From the NCBI GenBank assembly GCA_001643675.2, contig LSRY02000015.1, forward strand, positions 124,001 through 188,000: a stretch of DNA of 64,000 bases. Direction: 5' to 3'. Source of the stretch: Monocercomonoides exilis PA203. Lineage: Eukaryota > Protista > Preaxostyla. Both the position numbers and the translations under genes were made by a program. The notes below the pieces were generated by a model. That model had not been told where the DNA came from and ran no database searches. It was given only the letters and a program-made list of their open reading frames with translations. Shown here in pieces: positions 11,125-22,700 of this stretch (position 1 is its first letter; every line of letters starts with the position of its first letter).

Positions 11125-13097
11125 TTTGACAAAGAATTACAAAAAGAAATAATTATTAATATTATATTGGTTTGTTGTTATGGTAGTTTTGATCAATTTG
11201 GATGTTTCAAAAGGGACATAGGTTAACAAAATGAAAGTTCAGTGAGTGAACATTATCTACAGAACCAGGAATAATATTTTCTGTGGAGGCAACAAGAAAT
11301 GAGGCAATGCAATGATTTTGAAATTCTGCCTGATGATTTTTGTCAATTGGACGGCCAAGGGGAATGCAACAATTTCATCAATAACACAAAAAGATGTAAT
11401 GTATGTATTTTATATTGTTCTATTGATTGTGAAGATATTTCTGTCTGTATCCTTTCCAAAGTCCAGGAATATGAGTTATTGTTGAAATGACCAATCACCT
11501 CTTTGTGGAGCAATACGATGAAAACGGAGCTGATTGTTATACAGCCATTGGGAAATAAATGAAGTTACGCAAGATACATGATTTTCATTATTTTTTGTTT
11601 GGTGAAAGAGGTGAAAACAAATTCAACTGATGTTACATTGAATGAAGATTTATGGATGGAATTGTGTGAAGGACAAAACCTGCACAATATTATATAGCAT
11701 TTTGAAACATAAGACAGTGGAGCAGATTTTTTGTGTTTTTGGGCAAAGAAAGTGGTTGGCAATACCAAGGGAGGGATAATTATTGCGAACAAAAAATTAG
11801 CGAGGAGATTATGAAAAAATGGGTAAACGAAAAAGAAGGTGATTGCATTGATGTTGGCGTTTGTGAGGAAGAAATGGAAGTGATTGAGAATGAATGAAAA
11901 AGAAGAAGAAGAGAGTTGTACGTCCTTTTGGATATTGAAGGACACAAAAGGTTATTAATCCACAAAAATTCAATGATATGCTTCTAAAAAGACTTTTATA
12001 AGCTAATAAAAGGAGAGAATCTGGGTAGGGGTGGGGGTTGGGGCACAATTTCAGCGACAGAGGAATTTAGCTTGGAAAGATGAAACAGAAAAGAAAGTTG
12101 CATAATTGATTTGAGGAAACAGAGAAAGAGATAAAATGATTGAAGATAAAACAAATGGTTGATTAGATGTCAAAGGAAAGAAATAAAGATTGACGAGAAA
12201 AGGAAAGCATATCATTTAAAAGGCAATGATAAGAGCAAAAGACACGGAAAAATAAAAACGAAGATAATTCTTCTCCATTATTGATGGGATGTGCGTTTCC
12301 AAACGAGTCTCAACCTACAATTGGAGACACAAGAAGCACAAGATGAATAGGATGAGGAGCAGATTCAAGAAATATGGAGATGATGAATGGATGAGTTAAC
12401 AAGAAGAATATGCAAGAACTTTGATTCATTTGATTTTAAATACTTGTATCTTGCATTGAAGAGAAAAAGAAGATTTTTCAAAGAAAGCATTTGAAAAATT
12501 CTTGGAGAAGGAAAAATGTGCTTACGAAAGATTCGAAGCAAAAGCAAATTGAAGTGATGGCGCTTAATAAGCACAATAATTTATTCTCACTCTTCATACA
12601 CCGTGATTCAAAGAAAATTATCAACGTTGTCTCTTTCTTCATTTTCTTTCTTCTTTATCTCCATATTATCAAATGGTGTTGGTACGCACAGAATTAAATA
12701 TTAATTTTATTATAATTATTGATAATTTTTATTTTTATAATTTCATTTTCTTTTTTCACATTATCAACATTTTTTTGATGAAGCAAAAAAATATGTTTTA
12801 ATTTCAGATTCAAAAAGATTGTTGAGTGATATCTTTTTCTTTACGAATTTTATTCCACATAACATTTTCTAATTATTTTCTCAACTCATTAATTTTTCAA
12901 TGTTTTTTGGACATTATAATTATAGAATAATAATGATATTATTTTGTAATAAGTTTGAAACAAGTACTTGTTTTGTTCATAAATGCAATTATTTTTCATC
13001 AGTTTTCAATTTTTTTGAAAACCATTCTTTTAAAAAGTCAATGATCAAAATTTGAAATGGGGAATTTCAGAATTGTCAAAGCAGTTGAAAATAAAAC

Positions 13098-14567
13098 ATG
13101 CGTGAAATCGTTCATATCCAAGCCGGTCAGTGCGGGTTTGTGAATTGAGATTTATGTTTTATGTTCATATTTATTTGAATCATATTTTATAAACATTCAA
13201 TTAATTCAAAATATGCGTTTTAAAATTTGAAATTTTTAAATGCTATTAATTCAAATTCCAGAAACCAAATTGGTGCCAAGTTCTGGGAAGTTATCTCCGA
13301 CGAGCACGGAATTGACCCAACAGGAGCATATCACGGAGAGTCTGAATTGCAACTCGAAAGAATCAACGTTTACTACAACGAGGCAACAGGTGGAAAATAT
13401 GTTCCACGTGCGGTCCTTGTTGACTTGGAACCAGGAACCATGGATTCCGTTCGTGCTGGACCATTCGGACAATTGTTCCGCCCTGATAACTTTGTCTTCG
13501 GACAGACAGGAGCAGGAAACAACTGGGCAAAGGGACACTATACAGAGGGAGCTGAATTGATCGACTCCGTTTTGGATGTTGTACGTAAGGAAGCTGAGGG
13601 TTGCGATTGCCTTCAGGGATTCCAATTGTGCCACTCTCTCGGTGGAGGAACTGGATCTGGAATGGGAACTCTTCTGATCTCCAAGATTCGTGAAGAATAC
13701 CCCGATCGTATGATGTGCACATTCTCAGTTGTGCCATCACCGAAAGTGTCAGATACCGTTGTTGAACCATACAACTGCACATTGTCAACATCTCTGCTTC
13801 TTGAAAACACTGATGAGACATTCTGCATTGATAATGAAGCTCTTTATGATATTTGCTTCCGTACCTTGAAATTGACCACACCAACATATGGTGATTTGAA
13901 CCATCTTGTGTCTGTTGTCATGTCAGGAATCACATGCTGCCTTCGCTTCCCAGGTCAGTTGAACTCTGATCTTCGTAAGCTGGCTGTCAACTTGGTTCCT
14001 TTCCCAAGACTTCACTTCTTCATGGTTGGATTTGCTCCTTTGACTTCCAGAGGATCACAGCAATACCGCGCCTTGTCGGTTCCAGAGCTGACCCAGCAAA
14101 TGTTCGATGCAAAGAACATGATGGCTGCTTCAGATCCCCGCCACGGCCGCTACTTGACTGCCTCAGCTTTGTTCAGAGGAAGAATGTCAACAAAAGAAGT
14201 TGATGAACAAATGCTCAACGTTCAAAACAAGAACTCATCATACTTCATTGAATGGATCCCCAACAACATCAAGTCATCTGTGTGCGATATCCCACCAAAG
14301 GGATTGAAAATGGCTGTCTCATTCATTGGAAACTCAACAGCCATCCAGGAATTGTGGAAACGTGTTGCTGAACAATTCACAGCTATGTTCAGAAGAAAGG
14401 CCTTCCTCCACTGGTACACAGGAGAAGGTATGGACGAAATGGAATTCACAGAAGCTGAATCCAACATGAGCGATCTTGTGTCTGAATACCAACAATACCA
14501 GGATGCTACAGCTGATGATGAAGAAGAAGGTGAAGGAGAGATGGAAGGAGAAGGTGAAGCAATGTAA
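13098..14567 (+). CDS. TUBB: Beta-tubulin; exon 1 13098-13135, intron 13136-13261, exon 2 13262-14567
   Basis: Splicing gives [17 protein letters not shown]. Contains the GGGTGSGMG signature and an acidic C-terminal tail. The ORF-track start at 13227 lies in the intron. Confidence 0.98.
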
Positions 14568-16707
14568 ATCATTTTAGTAATTTTTTGTTTAATTTCAAGT
14601 TAAAATTAGTTTTCGTTGTTACAAATAGTGTTTTTTTTTTTTTTTTTTAAAATTGATAATGTTTTCAAAAAACGAAGTATACAAATAAATGTTGTATTTA
14701 TAAATGAGAAAAGATATGTTAAAAATCAAAATGTGAATAAAGATTGCAAGATGGATTGATATTCAAGTGGACTCACAACAAATAGGAAAAGAAATATGAA
14801 ATGAAGTGCAATTTTGAATTTTTTAATGTTTCCTTTCCAAAATTGAAGTTGTGAATATTGATAATAATCGATGATAAGAATAAAACTCAAAACTGTTACA
14901 TCTAATTCAGTATTTTTCAATTATTTCAATATGCAAAAAAGAAATACAATGTGAAAAATAAAGTCCATGTTCTTGTTAAAATTCAACACATTTATTTTTT
15001 TTTTCTTCATTTTAATTTGAAAAGAAGCAATGAGATTGCTTTTCAAAAACAATTAAAAAAAGGAAAATTCAATAATATTAAAAAGATTGTTTTTTATTTA
15101 CGACATTCAAAATATCATTTTTAATATTTGCATTGATGTTTCTTTGAAAATTGAAACATCTCAAAAATCATGAAAAGACCATAATAAAACTTCTTTTCCT
15201 GCATTTTATATTTTATTCTTTTTTTCAGTCCACTGGCAAAGTTGATTCTAGCAGATGCGAATGTATAAACAAACAATATTTATTCATGCTTTTTTATGAA
15301 TGCAAAAGGGTTTTATTTTGTTCCCACTAGATATATTTTGTTAGCAGGAAATGGATGATTTTGAAGGCATGAAAGACTTAAAAGTCTTTATTCGATTTGA
15401 ATTCAATATTATTTTTTTTAGTTTTTCAAGCCAATACTCAATTTTAATCTTGAAAGAAAAACAGTTCAGTTTTTTGGAGTTTTTTGAACAAACAACGTTT
15501 GCTGAGAAAGACCCAAAGCGCTTTGAAGATGAATGGATTTATTTTCTGACTCAAGTATCTTTTCAATGATGATTTGCATCCATGGAAAAAGTTCTCTTGG
15601 AAAAAGGGGATGCAATGATTAAAGATGCCTTTGACTAAAAAACAGAATGAAAAGCTCACTACATATTGGAAACAATGGCTGCACAAACAAAATTGAAGGT
15701 TTTGCATTTATTTTCTTTATTTTTTCAAATATTTATTAATCTTTTGTTTTTGATGAAAAACCTTGAAGTTGTTGTCAGAAGAATCAAAAGACATTTGGCT
15801 TTCAGGAAAAGTGACGAAGAATTTGATTCAATGCTGTTGGCCAATCTTTATTTTCCGAAAGATTCATTGATAAGCAAGGATTATTTTGCGAAAAAAGAAC
15901 AAAAGCTCAGAATGAGATGTTTTCCAGTTTGTTTCAAAACAATCAGAAATAAAGAATCTTGAAGGAGGATTGGAAGAAAGCATAAAAATGAAAGATTTGC
16001 GCTGAACTGGGAGGAAGACCATTGATGATTGTAAATATTTTTTTTGAAAAAATTGAACGCTTTGAAGATGAAGTGTGAGCGATGAAAGAAAATGGAAGAA
16101 GTGAAGATAATTGCAACAAACTTGACAAAACAACTCAGAAGAAATAATGAAGATTTAGAAATAGAGAATGAAAAAATGATTGACAAGGAAGAGAGAAATG
16201 AGGAAAAAATAATCTTAAAGATACCACAAAATGAAAAATTTTAAACAAGGAAAGATTTGAAGCGATGAAATTATTGATGATAATCAAATGAACTTTTCAA
16301 ACGAATAAAGACCTTTCTTTGAATGTTCTAAGTTTGTGAAAATATTGTTCTTTTTTTATACCAATTTCATTTTTTATATATTTCTCGTGAAACTATTTTT
16401 TTGAATTGCTATTCTTCTTTTCATTGATAGGAAATTCCTCCATGAAGAATAAATTGTTCGAAATGACCCCAAGAGGTTAACATTCTTCATTCAGATAGAA
16501 AAAAATAAAAACAAATTAATTTTTGAGTGATGAAAAAGAAAAATTCAATCTTTTTCATCCGAATGATCAAATTATCTCTAGATAGAATAAGGAATAACCA
16601 TCGATTTAACAAATGAAAGGTTAACAGGAAGAATTAAAATTGAAAGGCGTTCAAAATAATCTTTGAATTTAATTAATAATGGTAAATAATGACCCATAAT
16701 AGTTCTC

Positions 16708-19700
16708 ATGATAATGATTCTTTTTGTTTTGGCTGAGTGTTTGTGTTTCTATCTTTGCGGCACAGATACAAATGATGCACAAAGGATAGGACATCTCATT
16801 GATCACATTCCTGCTCAGCCTGAAAGTTATATTTTGGAGCAGGGAAGTGTTGTTCAGCTATTCTGCGAAATACACAATTCTTCAGTCGAATTGAAGGAAA
16901 TAATGTTGGAAAATGCAGATGATGGTGTGGCATTTGATGTTCGGGCAAAATCATTCCTGTGCCTTGATGACTGCTTGCTGATGAGAAAAAGAGGTTTCAA
17001 TGGGCATTTTGTCTTCAATGAAGGAATATGCGAAATGATGAACACAACTTTGAATATTGAGAAAAGAAATGATAATTGTGGGTTTATGACAAGTCTTGTG
17101 AAGATGGAAGGAGGAGATTCATCGTTGCTTGTGAGAAACAGCGAGTGGAAGAACATTGTGTTTTGTGGGGGTGGAAGCATTTTGAGAAATGGAGAAGGAT
17201 CATTTGAAGGAATCAAAAACTGTGCTTTTTCAAACATCACAATGAAATTCATGGAAACAGATGAAATGCCAATTGAGAAAGTGCCAAAGATGAAAACGAG
17301 TTCAATGGAAGATTGCCAAGTTGAAAGCTCGAAGAATGTGCTGGAGGGAGGGATTGTGAGTGGAACAGAAGGATCCGTTGCATTTTCCTGCAACAACTGC
17401 ACATTCCATCACAACGAAAGGGTGGATTGGAGAGTGGGAAATACAGAAAGAAATTCAACAACTCAAACACAGCATTTCATGAATGCTGAATGGAATGAAT
17501 GCTCTGCTGAATGTGGTGGGGCACTGTATGTGCATGACAATTCGAGTGCAACGCTGACTGTTGAGAACTCATCTTTTGTGAAGTGCAACGCAACATCCGA
17601 AAGAGGAGGAGGGATATTTGCTTTGAATATTTCCGAATGCACAGTGAAGCATTCTTCATTTATTGAGTGTTATTGTGTCTCGTCAAAAGATTATGGAGGG
17701 GCTGGAGCAGAAATTTCCGGAATAACACTTCAAGTTCTTGTTGAAAATTGTCTTTTTAAAGATGGATGGTCAGGAAATGATGCAGGTGGATTAGAAATTA
17801 TGAATTCAAAAGCAGATAAAACTAAAGATTGTGTTTTGAGTTGTTCATTCATTAATTGCAGCGGACATAATTCTTCAAATGGGGGTGGAGGAGCATACAA
17901 TGGTTTTCATATAAACATCACTGTCATTAAGAACTGTTTGTTTCAAGGATGTTCTTCTGAATGGAGAGGAGGAGGTGTGTGCATGTTTACAAACGGGCAT
18001 TTTGGGGATCTCATTTGCTATTGCTTCTTTGATGCGAACGCTGCCCCTTATGGGAACGATGTGGCCATCCAAGATAATAAAGTATCTTCTCAAGTTGCTC
18101 ACTGTTTTTCAACCAGAACAGAAGGTGTGAGATACTACGCAGATGGAATAGACAAAAGTGAATGGCTGCCTAACAATGGAGGGAAATGCAGATTTGTTGC
18201 TTCAGTTCAAAATCAGACAAAAGCGAAAGACACATTCAGCTGTGGATTGAATGAAAGCTGTGCATGCCTCACAATCAGCCATTGCCTTTCCCAGATGATT
18301 GTTGGGCTTGTGGAGGAAATGAAGGTGTTGAGTGGAACAGTTGTGGAAGGCAAAGGAGTTGATATTGGAGAGAAAACAATCTTTGTGAATGGAGTTTCTC
18401 CAGCTGGCTCAGCCATTGAAACACAATTTGAGGGAAATGGACTGAGTCTGTTTTGTGTTGGAACAGGGGAGTTGGGTGTGAGCGATTTGTCTGTGATTCA
18501 CAACACGACACTTGAAAACAATCGAAGAAGCAGATTGTTTGAGGTTCAAGGAACAGGAGGGATCAATTTGGAGAGATTGAATATTTCGATGGATGCAGAT
18601 CATTCAGAAGAGAGGAGCATTCAGAACTCACTTGTGAAGATGGAAGGGGGAGAGTTGAAGATGAAAGATGTGGGATGGTCACAAACATTCAGCACCACAA
18701 GTGTGATGTCTCTGCCTCAAGGATCGTCTGTGACATTGTCTCTGGATAACTGCACATTCAACAACATTTTGAGGACAACAGCAGGATCATCGCTGATGAA
18801 TGTGGGTGAAGGGTCACATTCGATAACTTTTGAGGGATGCACACTTGATGGGTGTGGGAGTAAAGCCTCTGAGTTTGGAGGAGGAATGATGGTTGAAATG
18901 GGGAATGTTGGTTCATTGAGTGTGAGTGGAGGTGTTGTGAGAAACTGTTATGCCTCGACCATGCAAGGGAGAGGAGGAGGGATTGGGCTGAAAGTGAGAG
19001 ATATAAATGCAAACTTTCAGATCTCATCAGGATTTGAAGGGAACAGAGCCAGATGGGGAAGTGACATTTTTGTTGACTCGATCAATTTGGAATCAACAGC
19101 AAAAAGTGGGAAAATCACTTCATTGACAGCTTCACTTGATTCGTTTGACAAGGTGAGAGGATATGACAATGGAAACACGAGTTTGGCCATCCCTCTGTGC
19201 ATCTATCTCCTTCCCACCCCAGAAGAAATATATGTGAGTAATACTGAGGCATCCGATCATTCATACTGTGGAATTGCTCAATTCCCTTGTTTGACAATGA
19301 AACATTCACTCACAAGACAAACAGTGGAAAAGAAAGTTTTTGTGAGTGGAATGATTATGATGAGTGATGAATTGACCTTTGGTGAACAGAAACACGAAAT
19401 CAGAGGAAACGATGAAATCAGTGGCTGGATAGTCTCCGATTCAAGTGAAACATTCAATTCAGCGATGATAACAGCAAGTGTTGAAACAGAATTGTCAAAA
19501 CTTATCTTCTCTCTTCCTCCGTCTCTTTCATCACACTCCACTTTCATATCATCCTTTTCACAACTGGCTTTGTTTCGTTGCTTTCTTTCCCTTCAAGATC
19601 ATTCATCTGAATTGACATTTCTGTTCTTATCTGTTGAGTCTGAGACATTGACCATTGAATCGTTTTCTGCTTCATCGATTAATTTGAATGGAAATCCATT

Positions 19701-22700
19701 GATCTCATTGTCTGGAAGCGGAACAAACACAGAGTTGATGAACATTCAGTGGTTGAACATTACCAAAAGCAATTTTACAGAAATCGAAAGAAGAACAGGA
19801 AGTGGAGGATGTATAAGCATTGACAACGGCCATGATGAAAATGAAAATGCACAAGTTTACATTGAAGAATGTGAATTTGATGGATGCTCAGTGCTGGCTG
19901 ACGGAAGCAGAGGAGGTGCTATCAATGCCAAGTTGAAAGCGAATATTCAAATGGATATCACTTCATGCACATTCACAGGATGCACAGCACCAGCTGGAGA
20001 AGGAAAGACTGGCTTTGGGGGAGGAATGGCACTGAAATTGATTGATGATGGTTCTTCGTTTGTGATATCATCTCCTGTTTTTGAGGCAGACAAGCCAAAT
20101 GTTGCAAAATATGGAAATAATCTCTTTGTTGATTCATCCAACTTGACAAAGAGCATCACAAACACTTCTCTTCCATTTGTGTCTGGACATCTGGATGATA
20201 TTTCATTGAATTCCATGAGAGGATTTGATGGGAATGATACAACGAATGCTATTCCACTGATCTATTTCTGGAGAGCAATTGGCTCAGAGATATTTGTTGG
20301 AGGCGATGGAAGGGACATGGGTGCATGTGGATTCTCAGATTATCCTTGTCTATCAATTGATTATTCACAAACAAGATTGACTGAAGGAAACGAAAGGATA
20401 ATCAGCGTTATTGGGAAGGGGATTCTTCAGAAGAGTGTTGATGTGAGTGGGTTTTCAATAAGCTCAAACAACACAGACACGTGCTCTTTGGAATGTCTCT
20501 CATCCCTTGAAGGAGCAGAAGGAGCAGCAATGAAGATTTCTGGAATTACTAGTTTCGAGCTGATGAAGTTTGTGATTCCGTCTTCATTTGCAAGTGGAGT
20601 CAATTATTTGATGCATGTTGACTCAAGTGATGGATTAATGATTCTGAAAGACTGTTCATTCACAAAAAATGAAGAAAGCGAAGAAGAAATGATTAACTTT
20701 GGGTTGATCAAAGCAGATGAAGGAACAGTTGTATTGGAATTTGTGTCAATGCAATCACTATCCTTTTCAAAAGATGTTATTTCTGTGTTATCTTCAACGA
20801 TTTTGAACTTAAAAAACTTGACGATGAAAAATGTTGAGCTGGATGGAGCAAGTGGGTTGAGGATATCAATGGGTTTGAGAGGAGAAAATAATGAAGCTGA
20901 ACAAAATATTATTATTGAGTGGAGTTTGTTTGAAGAAGTCACCCAGAACACAACGGATGATATTTCCATCATTCGAAATGATAATGATGAACCTTTGAAA
21001 ATGGTTGTTAGAAACACAACGATGAATAAGTGTGGAGGGTTGAAGTGTGGAAAGGGGGGAGGGATGTTTTGTGAGTTGAATGAAGGAGGAAGCTTTGACT
21101 GCTCATTTTGCACGATTTCTGAGTGCTTCTGCTCCACCACAGGAAGAGGCGGGTGGCTGTTTCTGGAATGCACCTCGGTGGTTGAGAAGCCTCTGAACTT
21201 TGTGTTGTCGAACATCACATTCAAAGGTAACTCTGCATTCAGAGGGAGAGATGTGTATGTGAGATGCCATTCAATTGACACACAAATTGTTGACGACCAA
21301 TTCCTTTTGGATTTCAGAACACCATTTGTGAAGGATCTTGCAATATGGGGTGTCACTACAGACTCGTTTGTTGGGGAAGAGGATCTTCTGCTGAGGGTTG
21401 TGAAATACCAGAGTGAGACGATATTTGTTTCTTCAGCAACAGGTAACCACGGAGACAGCAAGCAATGTGGAGAGTTCGGCATGCCTTGTCAATCATTGAA
21501 TGTTGGAGTTCAACACATCATTCCGTCACGTTATTCGCAGCTATTGGTTTTAGAGGAGACGATCATCAATGGGGAATGTGATGTGCATGATGTGATCATC
21601 CGCTCACTTGAATCTCCCTCAACTGCTTTGTTGCATCTGAACTCAACAATAAATATCCATGAGGGAAATCTTATCACAACATCAGAGAAAGTTCGGATTG
21701 AGAGTGTGAAATTCAACTTTGACCAGTCATTTTCATATTCAGGCAGTTCAATTATTCATGAAGCAAGTGGCCAGCTTTCTCTTTTATTTGTTGACTTCTC
21801 TTCTGTTGGAGAGTCAAACATCAATCAACTTGTTGTTTTCAATTCAACCTTGCTGAGCATTGGAAAGGGGATTCTTCATGTTGACAACTGCTCAATATCA
21901 CTCCTTTCATTCAAGAAGCCTTCTTTTCTGTTAAATGGAGTTGAGATAAATATTACAAATGTGAAGCTGGAACAGATTGAATCAACAACAAATTTATTTG
22001 AATTTGGCAATTGTGGAAGTGCTGTGCTGAATGGAATTGATGCAGATGGAGTGAAATTGTCAGAAGGTTGCATCATTTCGATTGGCAGCTCAAATTCTGG
22101 AAGTGTTTCAGTTGGAAGCTCCTCATTCAAGAACTGCTCGAGGAATTCAGAAGGGGCTTCTGTTCTTTCCGCTTCCTCAACTTCTGCTCAAATTGTTCTT
22201 TCCAACTGTTCCTGTTCAGACTGTAATTCTCTGTCAAGCAAAGGAAGCATGATGGAGATGAACAATGCGAAGGATGTTTTGATGGATTCATGTCTATTTG
22301 TTGGAATGCTTGTCAAAGAAAGTGAAAATGAGAGAAAGAGAAATAATGCATTTGAAGAAATATGCGAATGGAGTGGATCACTTGTTCATTCAATTAATAC
22401 AACACTGATGATGAAGGATGCGACAATTTTTGATGCTTCTTCAGGTGGATTATCCGTATCGAGCGGGAATGTGAAGATTGAAGCGGGAAACTTCAGTAAC
22501 AACAATCCTTCAATTACAAAATATCCTTCGCTTCGTCGAAATATCATCTGTTCAGACTCTGCTTCATTGACCATTTCCAGTTTGAAAGGAGGAGATGGAT
22601 TGATGCCTAATTCTTCACTTTGGATATTGAATGATGGATGTCTGTTTGAAGGGATTGTTTCTGAAAGAGCATCACCATTTTTTATTCCAGTGTTGGAGGG

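Noticed and set aside
13227-13261. ORF-track N-terminus [12 protein letters not shown] of tubulin
   Set aside because: Intron read-through; the true start is at 13098.
15350-16300. Coding-like, Lys/Glu-rich decayed sequence (similar texture at 11950-12600)
   Set aside because: Too fragmented to assign or to demonstrate homology by eye.
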